IMG/VR virus record: IMGVR_UViG_3300009127_000250
Coordinates: 27,195-91,194 of that record
Strand: one strand, 5' to 3'
Length of the DNA: 64,000 nucleotides
Source: a virus
Of this stretch, positions 8,843 to 17,346 are shown piece after piece. Made by a program: the position numbers and the translations under genes. How positions within the stretch are numbered: the first letter of the stretch is position 1; each line of letters opens with the position of its first letter. The notes under the pieces were generated by a model that had not been told where the DNA came from, did no database searches, and saw only the letters and a program-made list of their open reading frames with translations.

Positions 8843-8916
8843 GGCGCGTTGGTGAAGCGGTCGAACACACCGGTCTTTCACGCCGGTATTCACGGGTTCA
8901 AATCCCGTACGCGTCA
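8843..8916 (+). tRNA. tRNA-Glu(TTC)
   Basis: cloverleaf; CCGGT-CTTTCAC-GCCGG anticodon arm; GGTTCAAATCC T-arm. Confidence 0.92.
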
Positions 8917-8920
8917 CTTT

Positions 8921-9073
8921 TGTTTTCTTTGGCCTAAGTGCTTTGACCTGATTGTGTCCAGACCATGAGGTACGGGGAGTTCGAAAAATTCGTTCAATGA
9001 TCCTATCAAGGAAGTGTGGCGAGAACAAAAGGGTGACACTCCGGAGAGACGGAGTTTTAGACCAAAGAAAACA
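8921..9073 (+). ncRNA. unidentified structured RNA between tRNA-Glu and tRNA-Asp
   Basis: closing stem TGTTTTCTTTGG-C-CTAA/TTAG-A-CCAAAGAAAACA; internal hairpins (ACTCCG/CGGAGT, GAGTT/AATTC). Confidence 0.55.
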
Positions 9074-9080
9074 GTTTTAT

Positions 9081-9159
9081 AGTCCAGTAGTGAAGTCTGG
9101 TCTATCACGTCGGCCTGTCACGCCGAAGATCGCGGGTTCAAATCCCGTCTGGACTGCCA
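9081..9159 (+). tRNA. tRNA-Asp(GTC)
   Basis: TCGGC-CTGTCAC-GCCGA anticodon arm; encoded CCA. Confidence 0.93.
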
Positions 9160-9162
9160 GTT

Positions 9163-9278
9163 TGGGGAATGTGGATCGTCGTATCACGGGAGAACCGGCG
9201 TAGGGTGTGAAATAGCACTTACGGCTCCGGAACTGGCCTGTCGGTTGGGCTAAAACACCGACCTTCGACCCTGCCCCA
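9163..9278 (+). ncRNA. unidentified structured RNA after tRNA-Asp
   Basis: TGGGG/CCCCA closing stem; hairpins CGTAGG-GTG/CAC-TTACG and GTCGGT/ACCGAC. Confidence 0.45.
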
Positions 9279-9305
9279 TTAAACAAACAAACAGGAGAAA
9301 AATAA

Positions 9306-9638
9306 ATGTTACATTATGAAGCAACGGGAAAAAAGCTAACATTAGCTAAAATTGCCAAAGTGGTAAATTGTATGGTGCTCGCAGAGTTTATGTTTGACCA
9401 TCTCAAATACAATTTCCAAGATGGCATATTACGTGCCAATAAGGCAATTGTAGTAGATTCTCAACTCATTTCTTATGCCGAAAAAGATCGGTACTTTATG
9501 GGGTTTTTACTTAAAGATGGATATCTCGGCCTAAAACAATCTAATTGCAATAAGTGTTTCGGACCATGTCCCCATGAGCTTGAATCTCACAGGGATAAGC
9601 TTGTCCATTGGGCCAAGCAAATGCCAATAGCAGCTTAA
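9306..9638 (+). CDS. hypothetical protein
   Basis: AGGAG RBS, 110 aa. Confidence 0.65.
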   Translation: MLHYEATGKKLTLAKIAKVVNCMVLAEFMFDHLKYNFQDGILRANKAIVVDSQLISYAEKDRYFMGFLLKDGYLGLKQSNCNKCFGPCPHELESHRDKLVHWAKQMPIAA

Positions 9639-9783
9639 TATCGATTTTAGATCTGGTTGATTTGTATTTCCAAATTGGTTCTGAAGGTCTTGAGTTAAAA
9701 ATCAAAAACATCGGCAATTGCCCGTATGTGCCGACGTTTTTGTACCAAGCCGTACAACAATTTGCATACAGAGATACAAAATT

Positions 9784-10173
9784 ATGTATATCGAAAAAAC
9801 ACGAATATATTATAAAAGCACAGAGCAAAGAACTATGCCCGCCAGGTTTTTGATTCTGATCCAACACAAAGATAAACCTCTTGGCCCTGACAATTTTCGC
9901 GCAATAGTGCGCAAGGTTGCTTTGCACCAATTTGGTCATTTCATGATGGGAACTGCCAGGATTAAAGGCCATAGCATAACGCTCAGCGGTTCTTACGGCA
10001 GTGATGGATTGCCGCACACCACGGACATCGATGAAGTTTATAATGCTGCCATACCTGTTCCGAAAGAGCTTTATGATGCTTGGAGTGAAGGCGGCGGTCA
10101 TAACAGTTGCGGAACCGAAGCCTGTGCTATGCGGGATTGGGCTTTAAAAAACATAAAGGAGCTAACGAAATAA
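9784..10173 (+). CDS. hypothetical protein (start 9784 or 9835)
   Basis: TAATG coupling to the next gene. Confidence 0.6.
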   Translation: MYIEKTRIYYKSTEQRTMPARFLILIQHKDKPLGPDNFRAIVRKVALHQFGHFMMGTARIKGHSITLSGSYGSDGLPHTTDIDEVYNAAIPVPKELYDAWSEGGGHNSCGTEACAMRDWALKNIKELTK

Positions 10174-10349
10174 TGGCTGAAATAACGGAAGTTTTAAACA
10201 AAGTGGATAAGGCTTTGGCCGAAGGTCGGATTACAGTAGGGCAGGTTATTGATGCCGCCCCGCAGTCGGTCAAGAGGGAACTATTTAAAGTCCCCGTATT
10301 AAATTCCGATGATATGCCTAAATATGACGGAAAATTCGACAATGGGTGA
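10173..10349 (+). CDS. small hypothetical protein
   Basis: AAGGAG RBS, TAATG coupling. Confidence 0.55.
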   Translation: MAEITEVLNKVDKALAEGRITVGQVIDAAPQSVKRELFKVPVLNSDDMPKYDGKFDNG

Positions 10350-11118
10350 GCATATTGGCGATCTTATCGACAGAGTTTACGATCAAGAGCGTGACAGACG
10401 GATGATGGAAGGAGTGGAAAATATGGTTATTGAAGCCGTTGAAACAGGATTTGACTGCCCTGTATGCAGTTGCCCGAACGAAAAATTAGAGTTTTACGAT
10501 ACCAATGAGGCCGGGACTGGCGGTTGGTATCGTTGTCCGGAGTGTGGAAGAAACACTATCTGGAAGACCTTGAAAGCCGAAAGTGCTACTGATGTTTTGT
10601 CCATGTTCGCGGATCCGGAAGTTCTGGCAAAATATCAGGCTAAAAAGCAGGCCAGGTTCGATCAAATAGCTCAGGCTGAGCAAGATATTAAGGTTTTGCT
10701 TTGTACTTTTATGAACGTCAAATGCGAAGCTGTTGAGCGTTATGTAGGCCTTAACACCAAAGATGGATTTCCGCAGTATTTCACCGATGCGGACATAGAC
10801 GCCATTTTTGATTTTAATCGTGTCCAATTGTGGAAAATAGCCCATTTGTTTGAAAGTTCTCGAAACGACATATGGTCTTGTCCGTTCTGTCTCGCTTTTT
10901 CAACCCAAATTAGCCATGAAACCAAAGTGGTTTCAAAGAACTGCACTCGATGCACTTATGCGGCTACTCATAAGCCTTGCATGGAACATGATTCTACTTA
11001 TGGAAAAATTCAGGACATTATCGGAGTACCAATTCTGGTCATTTTAGAAGAAATGGACGTTATACCTGAACTTGCAAAAATTACCAGCGCAATACGCCGC
11101 AAACTAACGGAGATGTAA
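10342..11118 (+). CDS. Zn-finger-containing hypothetical protein
   Basis: CPVC...CPEC and CPFC...CTRC pairs. Confidence 0.7.
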   Translation: MGEHIGDLIDRVYDQERDRRMMEGVENMVIEAVETGFDCPVCSCPNEKLEFYDTNEAGTGGWYRCPECGRNTIWKTLKAESATDVLSMFADPEVLAKYQAKKQARFDQIAQAEQDIKVLLCTFMNVKCEAVERYVGLNTKDGFPQYFTDADIDAIFDFNRVQLWKIAHLFESSRNDIWSCPFCLAFSTQISHETKVVSKNCTRCTYAATHKPCMEHDSTYGKIQDIIGVPILVILEEMDVIPELAKITSAIRRKLTEM

Positions 11119-11119
11119 T

Positions 11120-11746
11120 ATGCCAGAAAGTTCAATTGCCTTCGACCTTGATGGAGTTCTGATAGATATTGTTACACCGATCAAAAGGCTTCTATTAGAA
11201 CTTTATGATTTTGATTTACAGGATAACGACCCTGAATACGACCAATTCAATTTAGTCAAAGCAACCGGCATATCTTCCAAGAAGTTATGGGAGATATACC
11301 GGATGGTTTACACGGAAGTTAAAACTACACCTATTTACCCGGGCGCAACGGAACTTCTGGCCAAATTATATGAAAAGACCAACGAACCGCCGCTGATCGT
11401 CACGGCCAGGCCGCCGGATTCAGCCAGCCTGACTTATCAGATAGTCAAAAGGGTTGCCAAGAAAACGCCCTTTGCTGTCGTCTTAAAGCATCCCAGATGC
11501 CATAAGTCGCAACATTTATCCGGTTATTACTATTTTGTTGAAGATCGCAGACGGACGGCCTTGGAGCTTGCTGATTTAAACTTTGTTATTCCGTTAGTCC
11601 GGAAGAATTACAATCCCATTCCGAACATCAAGAAATATCGGAATATTTTTTATATCGAGGGAGTGCATGAACTGATCCCTCATGTGGATGAGTTTACCAA
11701 CAGGAATAAATACTTTGATGTTAGCCTTTTTAAAAAATGTGCGTGA
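11120..11746 (+). CDS. HAD-superfamily 5'(3')-deoxyribonucleotidase-like protein
   Basis: FDLDGVL motif I; IVTAR motif II; K...FVEDR motifs III/IV. Confidence 0.85.
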   Translation: MPESSIAFDLDGVLIDIVTPIKRLLLELYDFDLQDNDPEYDQFNLVKATGISSKKLWEIYRMVYTEVKTTPIYPGATELLAKLYEKTNEPPLIVTARPPDSASLTYQIVKRVAKKTPFAVVLKHPRCHKSQHLSGYYYFVEDRRRTALELADLNFVIPLVRKNYNPIPNIKKYRNIFYIEGVHELIPHVDEFTNRNKYFDVSLFKKCA

Positions 11747-11807
11747 TTTTGTTCTTTTAACAATTGTTTTGGCCTGTGTAGCGTTCTATCTGGCCAGTTT
11801 AATTTGA

Positions 11808-11880
11808 CGCGGGAAGATCAGGTGATCCGCTTGGGCTCATATCCCAGGTCGCAGGGGTTCAATTCCCCTTCCCGCTCCCA
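11808..11880 (+). tRNA. tRNA-Met(CAT), initiator-like, with shortened D-arm
   Basis: unpaired C1; GGG/CCC in the anticodon stem; CTCATAT loop; GGTTCAATTCC; CCA. Confidence 0.8.
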
Positions 11881-11897
11881 ATTTAAAAGGGTTAAAA

Positions 11898-12071
11898 ATG
11901 GACAAACCAATTCCAATTCCGCAAGATGATCGGCCCATGATGCCAAAAAGCTTACTTCCTAGTTTTTCAGTAAAGAAAAGCCAGTTTAAGAAAAGCACTC
12001 ATGGCAACATGGCTCGCAATCAAATAGCCAGGCGACGTATGCGTCGTAAAATGGCCAGAAAATCAAAGTAA
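11898..12071 (+). CDS. small basic protein (57 aa)
   Basis: open frame read manually; AAGGG RBS; Arg-rich C-terminus. Confidence 0.45.
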   Translation: MDKPIPIPQDDRPMMPKSLLPSFSVKKSQFKKSTHGNMARNQIARRRMRRKMARKSK

Positions 12072-12085
12072 AGGAATCGCAGATA

Positions 12086-12274
12086 ATGGTTCAAATTAAT
12101 TTGTTGGATGCTGATATGGCTAAGTTAAAAGAACTGGCTAAAAAATTAGGTGTTGATGTCAATAATTCCAACGGTAACAAAGCTGTTTATAGGGACGGCC
12201 ATGTTGATTCCTGGTTTGTTGATATGATGGCTATTATTACTAAAGAGGTTTTACTAAACAAATGGATGCTTTAA
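12086..12274 (+). CDS. hypothetical protein
   Basis: operon packing. Confidence 0.55.
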   Translation: MVQINLLDADMAKLKELAKKLGVDVNNSNGNKAVYRDGHVDSWFVDMMAIITKEVLLNKWML

Positions 12275-12534
12275 TGATCGAAGAAACAGTCTTAAAGGGC
12301 AAAGCAGCACGCTCAATGATTCAAAGCCTTGTCACGGTTTATGACAGACACACCGGTAAAGCCGTTGCAGAATATTCATGCTCTCCCAAAGAAGCGATCG
12401 TTGCCTGTTGGGAACAGCATCATGGCAATAACAATACATGGGAGTATGCTCAGAAAATTAAAGCCGAGGTTTATCCTTTGGAAAGAACTAAATTCGGCTG
12501 GATTCTCGGTAAGTTTTGGGTAATGGACTTATAA
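12274..12534 (+). CDS. hypothetical protein
   Basis: TAATG coupling. Confidence 0.6.
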   Translation: MIEETVLKGKAARSMIQSLVTVYDRHTGKAVAEYSCSPKEAIVACWEQHHGNNNTWEYAQKIKAEVYPLERTKFGWILGKFWVMDL

Positions 12535-12535
12535 A

Positions 12536-13375
12536 ATGGCACGTTTTTTATGTAAACAAGCTAAATTTGAAGCAAAGTACAAAGGTGCAAGCGCGGGATT
12601 ATTTAATCCCGGTGCAGAAGCATATCGTATTTTGGGTGAATTAAACTACGGCAATGTGTTTGCTTATCTTTTCAGGCGTTTTGGATACCCATGTTATGGA
12701 TGGGATGATTATAAGGAATTAACTATTTACTATTTAACAACTTCCATGGACGGAGTTGTTTTAAGCATAAAGCCAAGTGTATCTACTGCCACTTCTTTTG
12801 GATATATGCTTCGGCATGATGTTCACGCAAAATGCAAATTTGAAAGTTTCAAGCCGTTAGTTTATTGGACTAAAAAATTTAAAAAATGGGTGGCAATTAA
12901 GTACAGAATTATAGCCTTTGACGGTTTTTACGTTAATTGCAGTAAAAAAGAGATAGATCGCGCTGCAAGGGTTTGGATTCGTAAAAATTGTTTCAATAGA
13001 ACGCCAACACAGAAAGATAGCATTGCTTTTTGGGAATATAAAAGAAAGCAGTGCGATAAATTAAGAAAAGAATACCAGCGCATAGAACCAAGTTTTCCGC
13101 ATCCTGATATTTGGAATTGGCGTTCATTATCACCAAGCTGGACAAGTTATCAAGTTATGCAAGCACTCTGCGAAACCATTAAAAACTTACTTATCCCCGT
13201 TAATGTTAGGGATTGGTATATCAACATTCAAGGAAAAATCAGAAATAACCTGCCATTAATTCCCGATCCGGATGATCCAAATGAAATGATAGTTGACTCA
13301 GCACCATATTCAGAAACGGCCGGCTATGGTGTTACGATTAATTCTAAAAATAATAGACCAGAGGTACGACTTTAA
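12536..13375 (+). CDS. hypothetical protein
   Basis: 279-aa ORF in the operon. Confidence 0.7.
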   Translation: MARFLCKQAKFEAKYKGASAGLFNPGAEAYRILGELNYGNVFAYLFRRFGYPCYGWDDYKELTIYYLTTSMDGVVLSIKPSVSTATSFGYMLRHDVHAKCKFESFKPLVYWTKKFKKWVAIKYRIIAFDGFYVNCSKKEIDRAARVWIRKNCFNRTPTQKDSIAFWEYKRKQCDKLRKEYQRIEPSFPHPDIWNWRSLSPSWTSYQVMQALCETIKNLLIPVNVRDWYINIQGKIRNNLPLIPDPDDPNEMIVDSAPYSETAGYGVTINSKNNRPEVRL

Positions 13376-14296
13376 ATGGAAGCTGCTCTTAATTTCAATT
13401 ATACAGACGATGTTGAAGCAACCGAAATGCTGAAAAGCATTCATGCCGGTGAGTCAACATGGGATGATTATACATTTGAGCAGAAAGCTTATAAGGGCTG
13501 GTTCTGGCCGTATATGCTTCAAATTGACGAATTGGTCGGCAGTAAGCGCTGGAATTATTGGTTTAGAACCATACTGAACGGCGAACTATTTGATGAACCG
13601 ATTCCTCAGATCAAGTTTCTTGGTCATGCTGATCCTGAACCAATGAAAAATCTACGTAATTGTTTGGAACATCATCATTGTCTGATGCACTCAGTCGGTC
13701 ATTCGGAGTTTTTCGATTGGCTGCTATGGGGGTTCGGAGAAGGGAATGAAAAGCCGCGAATTTCCGAAAAGGTCAATGAGCTTTGGTATCGGACGTTCAA
13801 CCTGGGCCCGTTTATCCAAAAGCCCCACGATTATTTAGGCGAGATTATTTCGGAAGCTAAGGCAGGCAAGACTTACTGGACAAACCCGAATGCTTTTTTC
13901 CCTACGCCACATCATATAGTCGATTTTATGACTCAAATGAGTTTTACAGATGCTCCCGAAGATAAAGATCAACACACTATGTCGGTCTGCGATCCCTGTG
14001 TAGGTTCGGGTCGATTTCTTATGTACGCCAGTAATTACAGCTTGAATTTATATGGTGTTGATATCGATCCGATCTGCGTTAAAGCCTGCAAGCTTAACGG
14101 CTATTTTTATGTTCCGTGGCTAGTCAAGCCGGTTAATTTTTTCGATGGTCCGCCGTCCGGTATTGTTCAAGGCAATTCACTAAAAATGGGTTTTTCAACA
14201 AATGCTGAAAAAGTCAGCCCTACTGAGAAAACCAGAACCATTGAGCGCAAACCCATAATGCCAAGGTTGATTAGAGATGATAACGACAGCGATTAA
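13376..14296 (+). CDS. N6-adenine methyltransferase-like protein lacking the NPPY/F motif
   Basis: FFPTP, DPCVGSGRFL, YGVDID and QGNSL present; no motif IV afterwards. Confidence 0.75.
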   Translation: MEAALNFNYTDDVEATEMLKSIHAGESTWDDYTFEQKAYKGWFWPYMLQIDELVGSKRWNYWFRTILNGELFDEPIPQIKFLGHADPEPMKNLRNCLEHHHCLMHSVGHSEFFDWLLWGFGEGNEKPRISEKVNELWYRTFNLGPFIQKPHDYLGEIISEAKAGKTYWTNPNAFFPTPHHIVDFMTQMSFTDAPEDKDQHTMSVCDPCVGSGRFLMYASNYSLNLYGVDIDPICVKACKLNGYFYVPWLVKPVNFFDGPPSGIVQGNSLKMGFSTNAEKVSPTEKTRTIERKPIMPRLIRDDNDSD

Positions 14297-14744
14297 TACC
14301 AAGTTTGACGAACCTCAGCCGGTTCTCGATGGATCGGAACAATGGCCGGTTATTGGCAATGCCCTATCTGAACAGCAGCTCGCAAGTATCAATTTTCAAA
14401 TGGTGGGTTTAACCCGTCATTGGAACTGCGAAACAAAGGTAAAGATTGTTTTGGACGTCATTGGTAGTGGATTTGTCGTTATAGGCTCGATGTATGTTCT
14501 CAGTCCAAATAATTATGGTGAGTATGGTTTTGAGTTTAATCCGCCTTTTGAGTTCCATGCATGGGTACAACTTCTTAACAATGATATCGTTGATGTTGCC
14601 TTGCCGGGAGTTATAGAAAAAGGGCTTAACACTTCTGACCATATAGGCCCGATGATTATTAACAGAGAACCAGCAATCCTTGCCGGCAGGCCACCGGATT
14701 GGCTGCAATATAAACCTATAGCGGTTTATAAGATTAAATTTTAA
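14277..14744 (+). CDS. hypothetical protein
   Basis: overlaps upstream gene; FHAWV motif. Confidence 0.6.
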   Translation: MITTAINTKFDEPQPVLDGSEQWPVIGNALSEQQLASINFQMVGLTRHWNCETKVKIVLDVIGSGFVVIGSMYVLSPNNYGEYGFEFNPPFEFHAWVQLLNNDIVDVALPGVIEKGLNTSDHIGPMIINREPAILAGRPPDWLQYKPIAVYKIKF

Positions 14745-14803
14745 TTGTTTTCACGGCAAGAAATTTGCCGTGTAACTATAATTTTAAAAAGGAGATTTAC
14801 CAC

Positions 14804-16492
14804 ATGACGGAAGAATTAAAGCACGTATTATTTGCCGACATTAACATCGTTAAGGGTTTTAATGTCAGGGGTAGAGGGCGATTCAAGGGGCCGGACTTTG
14901 ATGAACTTGTTGAATCGATCAAAACACAGGGCATTTTGCAACCGGTTCTTTTAAGGCCAAATGGCAAGGATTACGAATTGATTGCCGGTGAACGGCGTAT
15001 CAAGGCTGCTAAGAAAGCCGCTAAGGGCAACGGCGGAGTGAAAGAGCTTCAAATTCCCGCATTGGTTCGTGAAATGACGGACGATCAAGCCATTGAGTTC
15101 ATGCTGACTGAAAATATTCAACGGGACGATCTGACGCCTTTGGAAGAAGCCGAAGGGTTCAAAAGGTATATTGACAACGTTGAAGACGCCGACATCAACG
15201 TTATTGCCGACCGCTGTGGGAAGCCGGCACCGTATGTTCAAAAACGGATTAAGGTACTGGAACTTCCAAAGAAAGTCCTCCAGGCATGGAACAAAGGTTT
15301 TCTTAGTTATGGTCATCTGGAACAATTTATTCGTATTGAACCGAGTGTTGCTTTGAAGCTGTTTAATGAAATGGTTGATGACCATGAAAGTTATGGACGC
15401 AAAACCAGCGTAGATCAACTTCGCCGTTCGATCAATAATTTTTCACCTCAGCTCAAAAATGCTAAATTCAAAACCAAAGAAGCTGGCTGTACGCAATGTC
15501 CTCATAATTCGGACATTCAGAAGTCTTTATTCGCCAAAGATGATATCGAAAATATGAGCTGTTTGAAGCCGGACTGCTTTGCTGAAAAGCAAGGAGAACA
15601 TCTAACAAAGCACTGGAAAAAAACTGGTTATTATAAGGACCATAAAACTACAGGGTTTGAGTTCAACGAACAGGTTGACAGGGATGCTTACAGGGAATTC
15701 GGATTTGGTGACGGCAGTTTAAAGGAAAAATGCGCTTCTTGCGATTATTTTAAGTCCGTTATCCGGCTGGACGGAAGCGTATGGGCGCAAAAAGCTTGCT
15801 TCGGTGAAGAAAGTTGTTTCAACGCTAAAGAAAAACAGGCTCCGAAAGACCCACAGGCCCAAGCTACTCTGGATATGCAGGCTAAAAAGGAACGTACACA
15901 GCAACGTTCTCAAAAGCATGGCGTTGAGTTTCGGGAAATTCATTTTGAAACATCTATTCCAAAAAAGATTCAGGCCATCAAGTCGAACAATGAAAAGTCC
16001 TATCGGCTGTCTTTAATTGCCATCATCAGCGCCAGGCCGGAACTACATGAAAAGCTCAATGAAGATTTCAAGCTTGGCGGAAGCAAATGGTTCCGTATGG
16101 GCGACAAGGACATCGTTGATTTTGTCAATGGCCTGGACATTAGTTCGGTTAAACAACTTCTGCAAACCACGGCAGTTGAAACCATTATGAGTTCAGGATT
16201 TTCAGCAAGCGGCCGTTTCAAAATTGCTGATCTTGTCGGTGTTGATCTTCAAGCAGAATGGATGATAACCGAAGATTTCCTTAAAAAGAAACAAAAAGCT
16301 GAAATCATCACTCTGCTCAACGATGATAAGTTCAAGATTGCAGAACGTCCGGAAATTAAGGACTACCTGGGGCAAACTCTTGGTAACGGCAGCTTTGAAG
16401 TTTGCAAAAAGGGCGAGTTGATCGATTTGCTTATTAAATCCGGAACTGATCTGGCCGGCATTGTTCCCGAAGAAATCTTAAAAGATTCTTAA
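14804..16492 (+). CDS. ParB/RepB/Spo0J-family protein with Cys-rich C-terminal extension
   Basis: GILQPVLLR...LIAGERR...ENIQRDDLTPLEEA, HTH, CxxC clusters; AAGGAG RBS. Confidence 0.9.
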   Translation: MTEELKHVLFADINIVKGFNVRGRGRFKGPDFDELVESIKTQGILQPVLLRPNGKDYELIAGERRIKAAKKAAKGNGGVKELQIPALVREMTDDQAIEFMLTENIQRDDLTPLEEAEGFKRYIDNVEDADINVIADRCGKPAPYVQKRIKVLELPKKVLQAWNKGFLSYGHLEQFIRIEPSVALKLFNEMVDDHESYGRKTSVDQLRRSINNFSPQLKNAKFKTKEAGCTQCPHNSDIQKSLFAKDDIENMSCLKPDCFAEKQGEHLTKHWKKTGYYKDHKTTGFEFNEQVDRDAYREFGFGDGSLKEKCASCDYFKSVIRLDGSVWAQKACFGEESCFNAKEKQAPKDPQAQATLDMQAKKERTQQRSQKHGVEFREIHFETSIPKKIQAIKSNNEKSYRLSLIAIISARPELHEKLNEDFKLGGSKWFRMGDKDIVDFVNGLDISSVKQLLQTTAVETIMSSGFSASGRFKIADLVGVDLQAEWMITEDFLKKKQKAEIITLLNDDKFKIAERPEIKDYLGQTLGNGSFEVCKKGELIDLLIKSGTDLAGIVPEEILKDS

Positions 16493-16583
16493 AAATATCG
16501 TCGTTATTTAACAAGCAACGTCGTTACTTTAATGGTAACGGCGTTGTTTTATGCCAATGGTCTTACTGAAAGTAAGGTGAACT

Positions 16584-16841
16584 ATGTCAGTATTAGATGA
16601 AGTTAGAGAATTAACGCAACATATTCTCGACACCGAACGCAATAGTTTTAAGGACAGTATCGGTAATTCCAGTTTAAGCCCGGCAGATGATTTTATCAAT
16701 AAGGAAGAATGGCTGAAACTGCAAAACAAATGCCTTAAAATGCCAAATTCAAGATTGCATTTAGTAAAATTCGCAAGCCGGACAGAAGGCCACATTTTTT
16801 GTACCGCAGTTCGTGTTTATGAAGGTTTATTTGAGGATTAA
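16584..16841 (+). CDS. hypothetical protein
   Basis: AAGGTGA RBS overlapping the palindrome at 16562-16576. Confidence 0.65.
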   Translation: MSVLDEVRELTQHILDTERNSFKDSIGNSSLSPADDFINKEEWLKLQNKCLKMPNSRLHLVKFASRTEGHIFCTAVRVYEGLFED

Positions 16842-16843
16842 AA

Positions 16844-17293
16844 ATGAATTATTGGCATTATACTTTATGGGAAAAAATTACAAGCATAATTACTGATGGG
16901 AAGATCAAATTTGCCAATCCGTACAACAAGTCTGAATTACCTGCTGTATGGTTTTCTTCTAATTCGGATTGGGAACAAACAGTTAGAAAAAGCCTGTTAA
17001 CAAAAAAAGGAATTTCCGAATTATTTTCACGCGATTCCCTTTATAAGCACAGCAAGTCCTATCATCAAATTCTGCCGGTCAGAATTGAACTCGACACTCA
17101 AAAGGTATCACTCGTATCATGGGATGATCACAAGAAGCATAGCGGAATTACGAAAAAATTGGCATTTGAACTGGAAAGGTACGCAGAGAAATGGGGTGCC
17201 AATACTGATGAATGGGGAATTTGTTACACCGAAGTATCGATTAAGTTTTGTCATTTGCCGTTTGAAATTTGGAATGGCAGGCAATGGCTATAA
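16844..17293 (+). CDS. hypothetical protein, possible ADP-ribosyltransferase fold
   Basis: WHYT...SII.DG.I...PAVWFS pattern. Confidence 0.5.
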   Translation: MNYWHYTLWEKITSIITDGKIKFANPYNKSELPAVWFSSNSDWEQTVRKSLLTKKGISELFSRDSLYKHSKSYHQILPVRIELDTQKVSLVSWDDHKKHSGITKKLAFELERYAEKWGANTDEWGICYTEVSIKFCHLPFEIWNGRQWL

Positions 17294-17346
17294 TTAAAAA
17301 CAATCTTTTTTGTTATGAATCAAAAATCAATTCAAGTGAGGTTTAA

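Noticed and set aside
9033-9056. Partial complementarity of the leading half-unit spacers (AAGTCCGTT/AAGTGTCAT) to the inter-tRNA RNA
   Set aside because: Only 7/9 identity each, within chance expectation; the unit also overlaps the stop codon
9779-9794. Single-spacer matches (AAATTATGT, GTATATCGA; also GAAAGGGGG at 869 and GAAAGGGTT at 47987)
   Set aside because: Isolated 9-mers are expected by chance in 64 kb, and the partner spacer does not match nearby
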